A stretch of 64,000 nt of DNA from an uncultured Poribacteria bacterium (GTDB lineage: Bacteria > Poribacteria > WGA-4E > WGA-3G), in assembly GCA_951813565.1 (NCBI GenBank), contig OX638351.1, positions 160,001 through 224,000 on the forward strand, written 5' to 3'. The notes below the pieces were generated by a model. It worked only from the letters and a program-made list of their open reading frames with translations, did no database searches and was not told the origin of the DNA. The first letter of the stretch is position 1. Each line of letters opens with the position of its first letter. The translations under genes were made by a program, and so were the position numbers. Shown here piece by piece: positions 31,250 to 42,293 of this stretch.

Positions 31250-32038
31250 ATGAAACGCTTGTTACACACTTTCGTGTGGGTATTCTCTGTTCTGCTTTTA
31301 CTCAGTTTTTCGCTACCAACAGCGTTTGGGCAGGGAGATAAAAAAGAAGATTTGATTGGACACTGGACTTTTGAAAAAGGAGATGAATTGAAAGACCTAA
31401 CAGGTCATTTTAGTGATATTGAACTCAAAGGTGCTGAAGTCAAAGATGGCAAATTGCACATCGGTAATAATAAATGGGCATTAACGACTGGATACAAAGG
31501 TGCGGACATTGGTCCCGATAAGACTTTAGTAACATGGCTCTATTTGGACGACCTTAATGTTAGGCATGGTGCACCACTTGCAGTAAATAAAAGTAGTAGC
31601 GACACATTTGACGCTATTGTCTACGCCGAGAAGCATGAGAAACATTGGATGGCTGGTAGCAGTCACTTTAGACGCACCCAGGACGCACCGCATGGGTCTG
31701 CGGAAAAGGAAACAGGTAAACTCATTCAATTGGCGATTTCTTATGAAGATGATGGCGGCAACGCAAAGATAATGATATACCGTAACGGAGAGAGGATTGG
31801 TGACTATACACAAGGTCCAATCAGAAGTTGGACAGCAGGCGATGTGGAGGCACTTTTTGGTCCACGCGCCTTCATCAATGGGACAGCTCATGGGTGGGTC
31901 GTAGCGCGCGTTGAAGATGCAAGAATCTATAACGCTGTGCTGAGTGAAAAGGAAATTAATAACTTGGAAGCGGATACGCTTGATGTGGAAGCACGTGGTA
32001 AACTTGCAACAACATGGGGTTCCATTAAAAATAAGTAG
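31250..32038 (+). CDS. Secreted LamG/concanavalin-like protein with C-terminal 'VEARGKLATTWGSIK' motif
   Basis: Signal peptide, LIGHWTFE, VEDARIYNAVLSEKEI. Confidence 0.8.
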   Translation: MKRLLHTFVWVFSVLLLLSFSLPTAFGQGDKKEDLIGHWTFEKGDELKDLTGHFSDIELKGAEVKDGKLHIGNNKWALTTGYKGADIGPDKTLVTWLYLDDLNVRHGAPLAVNKSSSDTFDAIVYAEKHEKHWMAGSSHFRRTQDAPHGSAEKETGKLIQLAISYEDDGGNAKIMIYRNGERIGDYTQGPIRSWTAGDVEALFGPRAFINGTAHGWVVARVEDARIYNAVLSEKEINNLEADTLDVEARGKLATTWGSIKNK

Positions 32039-32084
32039 GGACTTGCTTGTAAGCGCGCCGATCTACTTTAAGGAAATTCTGAAT

Positions 32085-33611
32085 TTGAACAACGTCCATA
32101 CACTTGCCAATAGCACGGAACTATTTATTGATGATGCCTTAATCGCCTCTAAGCAAGGTGTGAAGCGTACGCTACATCCATGTGTAAAGCATGAGACTCC
32201 CGTTCTTGAACCTGATCCAGAGAATCCTTGGGAACATGGGGGACCAGATCAATCCAGACGTGTGCACCTCTACGGCACAACGATGTATGATGCAGCGTAC
32301 GGCAAATATCGCATGTGGTATATGTGTCGCATGGGTCCGCATTGGCGGTTTGAAGCGAACGAGATTCCAGGACTCTACGTCCCGCGCCCAGATCGCAATC
32401 CGTCAACATACAGAGGAAAAACACACGATGCGTACGGACGCAAGTTTGTGGAGAATGATCGCGGGGACCTCACCTGTTATGCGGAAAGCGATGATGGATT
32501 GACGTGGACGAAACCGAATCTCGGTCTTTTTGAATTCAACGGAAATCCAAACAATAACATCGTATGGGACCTACACGGTGCCTGTGTATTTCGTGATGAC
32601 GATGAAGCTGACCCGCAGAAGCGGTATAAGATGATCGGATTTTGCCGACGGTATCGTAATATATTCCTACTTACATCACCGGACGGTATTCGTTGGGACG
32701 ACTCCGACTATTTAGAACCAGTTGCAGAGCGAAACAACGAAGGCGCATTCAATGTTATCTATGATAACAAAGCCTCTCTATTCCGAGCTTATGCGCTGAT
32801 ACGTGGCAACGACAAAGATGCACGACGCATGATAGCATATACCGAAAGCCCTCACTTAGAAGGTCCGTGGAGACCGCTTGAACCGATGTTCGGTGCAACT
32901 GATCATGATGATGAAGTTGGTGCAGAGAAGTATGGTGCGGATCGTGCCGAAATCCACAACATGTCAGGTTTCCTCTATCATAATATCTATATCGGTATTG
33001 CTGGCGTGTTATATGTGACAGGACCGGGTGCAGCGGAACATGAAATTCCTGTTGACGGACCGATTGATGCGCAATTGGTCTGCAGCCGAGACGGATTCAA
33101 TTGGGATTACCCTGACTCAGATCGCACGCCGATTATTCCACGTGGTGAAAGCGGTTCTTATGATACTGGTATGATTATGGGAACTACCACACAACCTATC
33201 ATCACTGACGATGAAATTCACTGGTATTATACTGGGACGGAGCATACTCACGGTGCGGTGATGAAGGATAGACATAAGGCAATTGGACTTGCCAAATGGC
33301 GGTTAGATGGTTTTGTTTCTCTTGATGCTGATGCAGAGGGTGGTGTCATTGAAACCGTCCCATTGCAGATACCAAACGGTGCACTTGAAATTAATGCAGA
33401 TGCAAGCAGGGGACAGATTGGCGTTGAGGTGTTGACTGCTGATGGACAGGTTCAATCCGGATTTTCGCTTGACGATTGCGTTCCGTTGACAGAGGATAAA
33501 ATACATCATACAGTGCAATGGAAATCTGCTGCATTAGCGAATGCTCAGCAACCGATGCGTCTCCGTTTCATCCTGAACCGTGCAAGACTCTATGCTTTTC
33601 GTGTAGGGTAA
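32085..33611 (+). CDS. Putative glycoside hydrolase, five-bladed beta-propeller type; start uncertain
   Basis: ELFIDD, YAESDDGLTWTKP, SPDGIRW, SRDGFNW Asp-box repeats, RLDGFVSL. Confidence 0.7.
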   Translation: MNNVHTLANSTELFIDDALIASKQGVKRTLHPCVKHETPVLEPDPENPWEHGGPDQSRRVHLYGTTMYDAAYGKYRMWYMCRMGPHWRFEANEIPGLYVPRPDRNPSTYRGKTHDAYGRKFVENDRGDLTCYAESDDGLTWTKPNLGLFEFNGNPNNNIVWDLHGACVFRDDDEADPQKRYKMIGFCRRYRNIFLLTSPDGIRWDDSDYLEPVAERNNEGAFNVIYDNKASLFRAYALIRGNDKDARRMIAYTESPHLEGPWRPLEPMFGATDHDDEVGAEKYGADRAEIHNMSGFLYHNIYIGIAGVLYVTGPGAAEHEIPVDGPIDAQLVCSRDGFNWDYPDSDRTPIIPRGESGSYDTGMIMGTTTQPIITDDEIHWYYTGTEHTHGAVMKDRHKAIGLAKWRLDGFVSLDADAEGGVIETVPLQIPNGALEINADASRGQIGVEVLTADGQVQSGFSLDDCVPLTEDKIHHTVQWKSAALANAQQPMRLRFILNRARLYAFRVG

Positions 33612-33635
33612 TGCTTTTAAGATTATGCACAGAGG

Positions 33636-34058
33636 TTGAAAAAGATGAGACACACTACGGAAATTGAACTCGAAAATCTATACGACTTGGTTGCTGTGAA
33701 GTTAGGCGTTATGGAACCTGAAGATGTGCGGCAACTCACGGTCACGGATGCCCTTGTTGATACAGGTGCAACGGGACTCTGCCTACCAACACCGCTCATT
33801 GAGCAACTTGGTCTCGCCCCTATTGAAACGAGGCGGGCACGTACCGCTACCGGCATCGTTGACCGCGTCCTTTATTCGGAAGTCCAATTTACGATATTGG
33901 AACGAATAGGGACGATGCAAATTACCGATCTGCCTGAGGGCTCTCCTGTCCTCGTCGGGCATATAGTATTAGAACACTTGGACCTCTGTGTTGACATAAA
34001 AGAAGGGTTAATCTATAATCCCGCCCATGATGGTGAGTGGATTACAGAAATTCTCTAA
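33636..34058 (+). CDS. Clan AA (retropepsin-like) aspartic protease
   Basis: ALVDTGAT, VLVG..VLEHLDL. Confidence 0.82.
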   Translation: MKKMRHTTEIELENLYDLVAVKLGVMEPEDVRQLTVTDALVDTGATGLCLPTPLIEQLGLAPIETRRARTATGIVDRVLYSEVQFTILERIGTMQITDLPEGSPVLVGHIVLEHLDLCVDIKEGLIYNPAHDGEWITEIL

Positions 34059-34107
34059 CAGTTGGTCTGAGGCACTCAGATTTGTAATCAAAATTTATCT
34101 CTTGTTA

Positions 34108-35724
34108 TCACTGTCCTACATTTGGATCTAATTCCTTAGCCTTCTTAAAATCTGATTTTGCTGCTCTCTTTTGCCCAAGTGCCTCTTTTGCAAGTCCCCG
34201 CTCATAGTAGGTAATTGCCATCTTTGGATTTAACCGGATAGATTCGTCAAAATCTGCAATTGCACTTCTATAATAGCCGAGTGTCTTCTTCGCAAGCCCA
34301 CGTTGGTAGTGATAGTAGTCTTCTGATTTAGAACTGATGTGGAGAAGTATATCAAAATCAATTATCGCTGCTTCATATAACTTTCTGGCTTTCGCGCTAT
34401 TTCCTTCCGCAGATTCAAGTTCACCGAGGCTGTACTTCACCATCCCCCGACTCCCGTAAAAACTATGGGCCTCGGGCTTAATGTTAATAGCTTGCGTCAA
34501 ATCTTCAATTGCCGCTTCATATAAATACCGTGCTTTGACGGTCTTCCATTGCTTAGATTCAGATTGTCCAAAGCCAAATTTTACGACCGCTCGATAGTTG
34601 TACAGTTCTGCATCTTCAGGGTCAATCTTGATAGCGTTATCAAGGTCAACTATTGCGGCTTCATAATTACCAAGTTGGAACTTTGCCTTTGCCCGCGCAT
34701 GATAGGTATCAACAAATTTGGGGACATGTCTAATGACTTTATCAAAGTCAGCTATCGCGCCTTCATAGCTGCCACGATCAAGCTTTATAAGTCCCAGAGT
34801 AAGGTAAGCTTCAATAGATCCTCTATCTTGTGTATCTAATTTAAAACCTTTTTCAAAATCAACTATTGCGCCTTCATGGTTGCCAAGATTATACTTTGCG
34901 AATCCCCGTTTATAGTAAGAATCGGCAAAATTAGGATTTAGTTGGATAGCTTTATCAAATTTAGTTATTGCGTTATTATATTCCTTATTAATCAATTCCA
35001 TTTGTCCTTGACTTATATAGACATACGCTTGAATTAGTTTTCGTTTTTGCCACTGTGCCAAAGGTTCTGTTGCTTCTAACCTGGTAAGCAATGCTTTGAG
35101 GACGTTTGAAGGAATAGCATAACCATGATACTCGCTTCCGAGAGCACAAATCCCAACGACTTGCCCCTTACGGTTTATAATAGGTCCACCACTATATCCA
35201 GGACCCAAACTATTTCCAGGAAAAAGATCGGATTTAAGCCGGATCAACTTTTCGCCATTCTGATTGTTACCTACCACGGTCGCTATAGTATCTTTATATT
35301 TCTCATCAGGAAAACCCGCAGCCAAGAAAAATTCACCACTCTGAACAGTATCACTATTTGCAAGCGGAAGCGGGGTTCTTTTTTCTTTGACTTTTAAGAT
35401 GGCAAGGTCATTTTTCACATCATACGCTGCCACCCCTTCAACTGTCCATTTTGTTTTATTGTTGTCAGGTGATTTCACGAAAATACGTCCAGGACGTGCA
35501 ACAACGTGAATATTTGTCGCAATCTTATCGCGTTCCACGAAAAAGCCACTACCAATTCCTATTTCATTCTCAATCAGGACTACAGAATCTCTGATTTTTT
35601 CAGAACTTACATCGGTTGTTGGTGCATTAAGTTTTTTGGCAACTCCCTGCTGCGGCACACGCGCACAAAAGAGCAAAAATCCTAACGCTAAAAAGATCAG
35701 AAAAACCGTTCTATTTGTTTTCAT
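34108..35724 (-). CDS. Trypsin-like serine protease with C-terminal TPR repeats
   Basis: GSGFFV, ATNIHVV, DLAIL, PGYSGGP; multiple TPRs. Confidence 0.88.
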   Translation of the reverse strand: MKTNRTVFLIFLALGFLLFCARVPQQGVAKKLNAPTTDVSSEKIRDSVVLIENEIGIGSGFFVERDKIATNIHVVARPGRIFVKSPDNNKTKWTVEGVAAYDVKNDLAILKVKEKRTPLPLANSDTVQSGEFFLAAGFPDEKYKDTIATVVGNNQNGEKLIRLKSDLFPGNSLGPGYSGGPIINRKGQVVGICALGSEYHGYAIPSNVLKALLTRLEATEPLAQWQKRKLIQAYVYISQGQMELINKEYNNAITKFDKAIQLNPNFADSYYKRGFAKYNLGNHEGAIVDFEKGFKLDTQDRGSIEAYLTLGLIKLDRGSYEGAIADFDKVIRHVPKFVDTYHARAKAKFQLGNYEAAIVDLDNAIKIDPEDAELYNYRAVVKFGFGQSESKQWKTVKARYLYEAAIEDLTQAINIKPEAHSFYGSRGMVKYSLGELESAEGNSAKARKLYEAAIIDFDILLHISSKSEDYYHYQRGLAKKTLGYYRSAIADFDESIRLNPKMAITYYERGLAKEALGQKRAAKSDFKKAKELDPNVGQ

Positions 35725-36045
35725 ACTCGGATACCATATCTTGTTATTTTTATCGATTATACACGAGATATAAGACTGTGTCAAGTTTCTACGGACTAAA
35801 AACAGAACCATTCAATTCTCCTATAATTCTTTCTTCTTTAAAAAAACTCTTCTTGTAGGAGCGAGCTCTAGCTCGCGACCTTCCATTAAAAAGCGTAATA
35901 AGCCGACAATTGAACGCCTCTGGGACCAAAGGAGAAGCAAATATACTACAAAAATAGATTAAACACCCTACTGTTAGATTGCGTTATATACTAAATAGAC
36001 ACACTTACAGCAATTCTGGTATCCAATCGAAATAGAGACAAAAAA

Positions 36046-38202
36046 ATGCCTTACAGGACCTTTCTTTTTATACTTACTATGCTCTCTGTGATGAACTTTA
36101 ACGCCTTTGCGATAAAAGAAATTAAGGCGTTAAGAACGCAAGAGACAATCAAGATTGATGGATACCTCAACGAGGAAGATTGGTCGCGGGCACAAGTTAT
36201 TGACGATTTCACGCAACAATATCCCGATGAAGGACAACCGCTCTCTGAACGCACAGAGGTCCGTTTGTTGTATGATACCGAGAAACTTTATATTGGGTTT
36301 AAGTGTTACGACTCACAACCCGAAAAGATCGTAGCAAACGAAATGCGACGCGACGGAATGCTTTGGCAAAATGATAACATTTACATTATGCTTGACACTT
36401 ATGGTGATAAAAGACAGTGCTTCTTCTTTCGGATAAACCCTCTGGGAGCACAGTCAGACACCGCTGTCACTGATGGTGGCGAGAACCTCAACGGGAGCTG
36501 GGACTGTATTTGGGAATGTGCTGGACGACAGCACGAAAAAGGATGGACAGTAGAGATAGCGATTCCCTTTAACCAACTGCGTTTTAAGAAAAAAGATTCG
36601 ATGGTGTGGGGTGTAAATTTTGGACGCAATATTCCGCGCACAAACGAGACATCGCAATGGGTCCAAGTACCCAAAAGCCAGAGTTGGCCAGGCACTTATA
36701 ACCCGATATATCAAGGCAAACTGACTGGACTACAAGGTATTTCATCCCCATCATATTTTAATGTCAAACCGTATCTAATTGGCGGGTTAGCGGAGCATCT
36801 TGATGATGCAGATTGGCAGCGCAATACCGAACGCGATATCGGATTGGACATGAAATACGGTGTCACCTCAAACCTAACATTAGACTTGACGATGAATACC
36901 GATTTCGCACAGGTTGAAGCAGACCAGGAACAGGTTAATCTCAATCGATTCAGTCTCTATTTTCCTGAGCGGCGCGATTTTTTCCTTGAAGGCAGTGGGC
37001 TTTTCTCGTTTGGTGCTGGCGTCGGAGGCTGGGGTCCGCCGCCGTTGGCTGTTTTTTACAGTCGCCGCATCGGAATTGTGGATGATGATAAAGAAGTTCG
37101 ACTTCTTGGCGGTGGTAAACTGACAGGGAAAGTTGGGGCTTATAGCGTTGGAGCACTCAACATGACAACCGCCGCTTCCGAGCAAACCCCTATGACAAAC
37201 TTCTCTGTGTTAAGAATGCAACGCGATATCCTCAGTGATTCGAACGTTGGCTTTATTCTCACCAATCGGCAGAGCGATTTCGGCGGTAGTTATCATCGCA
37301 ATGGTGGCATAGATCTATTCTTAAGACCTCATGACCAGTGGCGAATGCGTGCAATGACCGTTGGAAGTTGGTCACCCAATCCTAACGAACGCGATTATGC
37401 ATGGTATCTTTCAAATAATTGGCGTAATAAATATTTCCGTGTTAACGCTTCTTATCTTGACATCGGTCCCGATTTTACAAGCGAAATGGGTTACATGTAT
37501 CGAAGGGATATAAGGTCATTCAATATGAATACTGGAGTTAACTCGCAAATCAACCGATACCTGATACGGGACCTTGGAGCAAGTGTTTCAGGTAATTATC
37601 TACTGGATCACGACAATAGACTAATTGGATGGGAAGCGTATTTTGGCGGAGATATATCCTTTCCTGCAGGTGACGGTATCAATATTGATTTTCAAAGGTA
37701 TTTTGACCGAGTTGATGAATCGTTTAGTATTGATGATGCTGAAATACTGGCTGGCGATTACGAAATGAATGAGTTTTCACTTAGTTTTTACTCTGATTCC
37801 AGCCGTCCGTTTTCAGTGTATGGAGGGGGAAATTACGGGGATTTCTTTCAAGGAGATAAGTTGGGTATTTATGTAGACAGCCAATGGCGCGTAACGCATC
37901 AACTTGCTATTGATACACGATTTAATCGAAATTTTATTTATTTGCCTGAGATAGAACGTTTGACGACAACCGTCATAGGTGGACGGGTTAGTTACGCTTT
38001 CAACACCCGCATCTTTACAAAAATGTTCACTCAATGGAACCATAGTGAAGAACGAGCAAGCACAAATTTTTTGCTCAATTACATCTATCGTCCCGGCAGC
38101 GATTTTTATCTCGTCTATAATCAAATTTGGCGGACATCGGATGGTTTCCACACCGACGAATGGACAATATTGAGTAAATTTACTTTTTTACTTAGCTTAT
38201 AG
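36046..38202 (+). CDS. CBM9-like/DUF5916 outer-membrane protein
   Basis: IKIDGYLNEEDW, NTDFAQVEAD, FPERRDFFLE, FYSRRIG; C-terminal beta-strand ending FLLSL. Confidence 0.82.
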   Translation: MPYRTFLFILTMLSVMNFNAFAIKEIKALRTQETIKIDGYLNEEDWSRAQVIDDFTQQYPDEGQPLSERTEVRLLYDTEKLYIGFKCYDSQPEKIVANEMRRDGMLWQNDNIYIMLDTYGDKRQCFFFRINPLGAQSDTAVTDGGENLNGSWDCIWECAGRQHEKGWTVEIAIPFNQLRFKKKDSMVWGVNFGRNIPRTNETSQWVQVPKSQSWPGTYNPIYQGKLTGLQGISSPSYFNVKPYLIGGLAEHLDDADWQRNTERDIGLDMKYGVTSNLTLDLTMNTDFAQVEADQEQVNLNRFSLYFPERRDFFLEGSGLFSFGAGVGGWGPPPLAVFYSRRIGIVDDDKEVRLLGGGKLTGKVGAYSVGALNMTTAASEQTPMTNFSVLRMQRDILSDSNVGFILTNRQSDFGGSYHRNGGIDLFLRPHDQWRMRAMTVGSWSPNPNERDYAWYLSNNWRNKYFRVNASYLDIGPDFTSEMGYMYRRDIRSFNMNTGVNSQINRYLIRDLGASVSGNYLLDHDNRLIGWEAYFGGDISFPAGDGINIDFQRYFDRVDESFSIDDAEILAGDYEMNEFSLSFYSDSSRPFSVYGGGNYGDFFQGDKLGIYVDSQWRVTHQLAIDTRFNRNFIYLPEIERLTTTVIGGRVSYAFNTRIFTKMFTQWNHSEERASTNFLLNYIYRPGSDFYLVYNQIWRTSDGFHTDEWTILSKFTFLLSL

Positions 38203-38367
38203 AGCGGCATTTCTTTAGACTAATTGCTTCACGTTTTCTTCAAAAGTGCATCCGAAAATGTGTATATGTGAATCATTACTATTTTATTGAAAATGGCATC
38301 CTATTACGGTTGTCTTGCGAAAAGTAGGATGCCAACCAAACAACAATCTATAAAAGGAGTTTCACCT

Positions 38368-38853
38368 ATGCAAAAACAAAAAATTGCAGCGAGTTACCAA
38401 CAGTTCCACGTCATTACTCACAATTTGGACGAGACAGAAGATCTCAAAGCTGAGTGTAAGGTGCAATTGGGTGAAGGCGTTCGGCTCGCTGACTGGAACG
38501 ACATAGTGGCTTACGTCGAAGCGGGTGGTTCAATTGAGGATTTTATCGCTGCCCTTAAGATACCACTTGAGTATGTCAAGCCCGAGGATATGGAACCGAT
38601 ACCGAATACCTCCTATCGTATTTCAATGAACGGTGAACTGCACTGGAGCGGCGATCGCCACTATTTCTTTGCGCGACATGATCACAAATTACGTGGAGAT
38701 TTTTTGGCACACGGCAATCTTGATAATTACAGATTGTCATTGGGTTCATGGTTTGGCAAGGGTGGCTTTGCGCTCTGCTACGGAGACCCAGATAGCACGG
38801 AGGCACCCCCTGAGCCAGAAACCAGAGAACCGGTGCGGAAATCGGGTGGCTGA
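38368..38853 (+). CDS. Hypothetical protein
   Basis: AGGAG RBS before ATG 38368; coherent 161-aa ORF. Confidence 0.6.
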   Translation: MQKQKIAASYQQFHVITHNLDETEDLKAECKVQLGEGVRLADWNDIVAYVEAGGSIEDFIAALKIPLEYVKPEDMEPIPNTSYRISMNGELHWSGDRHYFFARHDHKLRGDFLAHGNLDNYRLSLGSWFGKGGFALCYGDPDSTEAPPEPETREPVRKSGG

Positions 38854-38899
38854 GGCTGTGGCTGCTAACGCAGTGGCGGTGCCATTGCCTTGTTTTTTT

Positions 38900-39430
38900 A
38901 TCCGGTAGGCCGTTTACAAAGCGTACCATAGGTATCAATTTAGTGCCTGATTTTCTTGTGGGAGTGAATCAACGCAGCATGCGCGCGTGGCATGCTGCGG
39001 GTTGAAAACCCCGATAAAACTTGTTTTGAACCTCACAAAATCGGGCTTAGAAAGCCCTCCCACAAGATATAATACCAAATTAACGGAATTCGTCTTGTTT
39101 TTCCAGTGTTTTTTCTACTCTTCCGCTCCAGCGGAGCGGTATGTTTATAGCACGTGGAGTTTTCTGTCTTCCGCTCCAGCGGAGCGGTATGTAAAGACAA
39201 TGAATCAAATGAATCTGGTATAATCTGGTAATTATGTGCTTAAATTGACGCCTATAGCGCGTTTACAAAGCGCACCTATCAAGTAGGATTGTAATCATCG
39301 GCGTAACCAACCAGTGCTAACACCGAGTGGCTGTGGCTGCTAATGCCAATTACGCTTGAATTTACTATAAAATTCTATGTGAAATAAAAAATCCTTGTAG
39401 GCGCGGTTTCGAACCGCCTCTACAAGGATT
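38900..39430. repeat. Nested MITE/REP cluster
   Basis: Duplicated gtttacaaagcg flanks, cataggtatcaatt...aattgacgcctatag TIRs, MITE B at 39073-39220, tandem ttccgctccagcggagcggtatgt, gtaggcgcggtttcgaaccgcc hairpin. Confidence 0.7.
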
Positions 39431-39474
39431 TGTTCATTATTTTAAATTATAATTTCAACATAGATTTTGATTGA

Positions 39475-40491
39475 CTACGCCCAAGGTTCCAATACAACCT
39501 TACCGCACTCACCAGTCGCTTGTAATTCCCATGCTTTTTGCACTTCTTGCATCGGAAAACTGTGTGTGATATAGGTGTCTAATTTATCGGCAGATTCTTG
39601 GATAACCTTCATCAATTTTGGATAGAATCCAAGGTTGTAGTGCCAATTCCCGCGTAGAACCAGACCCTTACGAATCATATCTCGACTTGCAGCAAGTGGA
39701 AATTCGCCACCTTCCCCGACAAACGTAACCTGTCCTTTTCTTCGGGCTGCATCCACCATCAACCGATGTGCTGCGGATGCACCTGAGCAATCAACTGCCT
39801 TGTCAATCCCGATACCGTTTGTCAGTTCACGAATTTGATCGAGAATATCTTCATCATTTGGGTTTAGGACAACCTCTGCACCTAACTTCTTGGCAAGTTC
39901 TGCACGGTACGGATGGCTTTCTACCCCAAAAACACGCGCACCACGATAGCTGGCATTGATGATACCACCAAGCCCTACAGGACCTAAACCGGTTACCATC
40001 ACAGTATCCAATGCATCAACTTGCATCTGTTCCATTGCACCAAATGTCGGTCCGAGTCCACAGCATGCCATACCACCGTGTGCATAACTCATCCCATCAG
40101 GAATTGGGAATAACAGGTCCTCCATTTTGTGCATATACTGTGCATAAGTCGCTCCAGCAACATCAGTACCGACGATTTCTCGGATATTTCGCCCACCAGT
40201 ACAATGAATATGTTCACCGATAACGCACATATTACACTTACCACATGAATTCTGCGGTTGCACTACAACGCGATCTCCTACCTTGACGCGACCGGGTTGT
40301 GCGACTTCAACGACTTCACCCGCCGCTTCGTGACCGAAATGCTCACCCGTGCCACCACCTTTGAATCCCTTGTATTCAGTACACATTGGAACCGCATGGA
40401 TTTTTACGACTACGACATCTCCCGCTGCCTTGGGATCAGGTTTGTCAACTACGCCACCTTTGCCTTCACCAAACATTGCTGCTACTTTCAT
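39475..40491 (-). CDS. Zn-binding dehydrogenase (MDR family)
   Basis: GHEAAG, CGKCNMC..G....C, GLGPVG. Confidence 0.85.
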   Translation of the reverse strand: MKVAAMFGEGKGGVVDKPDPKAAGDVVVVKIHAVPMCTEYKGFKGGGTGEHFGHEAAGEVVEVAQPGRVKVGDRVVVQPQNSCGKCNMCVIGEHIHCTGGRNIREIVGTDVAGATYAQYMHKMEDLLFPIPDGMSYAHGGMACCGLGPTFGAMEQMQVDALDTVMVTGLGPVGLGGIINASYRGARVFGVESHPYRAELAKKLGAEVVLNPNDEDILDQIRELTNGIGIDKAVDCSGASAAHRLMVDAARRKGQVTFVGEGGEFPLAASRDMIRKGLVLRGNWHYNLGFYPKLMKVIQESADKLDTYITHSFPMQEVQKAWELQATGECGKVVLEPWA

Positions 40492-40767
40492 ATAAATTTA
40501 ACCTCAATCTCTCAACACCTAATTAATCACGTTTTATGCAGAGAGAAAGAGCATTCCTCCTTCTAAGATGTGTTAATACCATAGCACATCCAATGAAATC
40601 TATCAAGGCATAATTCATATAGCGTTCGTAAAATTTTTAACGTTAAGCACTTCTCCATCTTGCGAGAGGATATGCTGATCGGAAGGTCTTTTTACAGTGA
40701 AGTGTCCTAATCAGAAAATTAACTTCGGAACAGATTCTTTAGTATCACACGAAATAGGATTTTGGTA

Positions 40768-41517
40768 TTATTTTCGTGCTAAGAGGTTGGCTAAAGACGA
40801 GTATTCACTGCTTTGAGGTAATTCTTTAATAACGGTGTTTCCGCTACGCTTAAAGAGTTTGTATGCCTTACTGTCAGAGGCAGAAGTAAGAATTCGGTAG
40901 TGCTCTCCAACGATCTCAATCGCGGCGTTATTGTCACAGGCGATTCCAATGCCACCTCGTTTTACTATCATCTCCGAAAGAGAGGTTTCGCGCTTCTCAA
41001 AGTGATAGTGCGGACAAAATACAGCATTGATGAATCCCAGTCCTCTCACGCGGATATAGTCCCAGTTCGGATTACTGGAGAAAGACCGAGAATCACTGTG
41101 TCCGTATCTAAACCAGCAGATCGCACCAGCACTCAGCCCAGACAGAATAATGCCGCGGGATGCAGCTTGTGCCAACACGTTATCTAATCCCAACCGTCGC
41201 CATAACTTCATCATTTTATAGGTATTTCCACCACCAACATAGATAAGGTCAGAATTCAGCACTATTGCAGCCATATCCGCAAATGCTGGTGGATTTTCAA
41301 CGAGCTTGAGAATGCGTGTTTGACATCCAAAATGTCTACCGTAATACGCCTCAAAAGTTTCAATGTATCCAAGGGCATCGCTGCTTGCGGTTGGAATAAA
41401 GAGAGCTTTAGGTTCAGTTTTCCCTGTCAATTCAATGATGCGTTCGTCAATCGCATCGGTTTCACGTTCACTAATTTCACCTCCACCTATCGCAACAATC
41501 TTAGGAACTGTTTTCAT
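40768..41517 (-). CDS. Peptidase E (S51) family
   Basis: LFIPTAS, IYVGGGNT, GLSAGA, CPHY. Confidence 0.88.
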   Translation of the reverse strand: MKTVPKIVAIGGGEISERETDAIDERIIELTGKTEPKALFIPTASSDALGYIETFEAYYGRHFGCQTRILKLVENPPAFADMAAIVLNSDLIYVGGGNTYKMMKLWRRLGLDNVLAQAASRGIILSGLSAGAICWFRYGHSDSRSFSSNPNWDYIRVRGLGFINAVFCPHYHFEKRETSLSEMIVKRGGIGIACDNNAAIEIVGEHYRILTSASDSKAYKLFKRSGNTVIKELPQSSEYSSLANLLARK

Positions 41518-42293
41518 CAATCGTCTCCTTGTTTGCTTCTTCAACACATGATGGATTAGACGTTTTCTAAAAAAGACATATTGCGGCGGTGAATGAAAAC
41601 CTACCATCCGACTTTCATCTGAACTAATTGGAAGAATGATAACAGTTTTGATAATAACAGTCAAGAACACCCAAAATTCCGCTCAGTCTTTTATTGACAA
41701 CTTCCGCGTAGTATGGTATTATTCTAGCCCAAGTTGCTACCTATTGAAATCAGATCAATTTCCTTAGAGTTGGAGTTATTTCTCTTTCGCTCCAGCGGAG
41801 CGGTATGTATAGTAACTTTGAGGAGCAATCACTATGAGAAAATCTATCCGACAGGGCTATTTAGTTGACGGATGTGCATAAATAATTCCGATGTTAAATA
41901 TGCGCTTAAAGGTAATAGGCACACGCCGTGGGTTTCCGTCCACAAGTTCAAAGAGGCGCAGCATGCCACACGGGGAATGCCCGTTGGCATTCCCCGGCGT
42001 GTGCCTACTACTTTGCATTGCACATCTTTTTTCTAAGTTGAAGCTATGGATAGAATGATAGCGAAACTAAACTACAATGCTGCTATAAAACATTACCGTT
42101 TGTGATAAAATACGCCAGAAAAACCGAAAACTAAATAACCCAGTCTATCCGAAAACTTATCTGGCACAGAAAATTAAAAAATGGTATACTTGTTAATCAA
42201 AATTATCCGTATGCCACCACCCAAAATTGATCAAAAACACATTTATTGACAACGTAGCATACAGGTTGCTGCGATTAAATAAGGAGAAAGTTA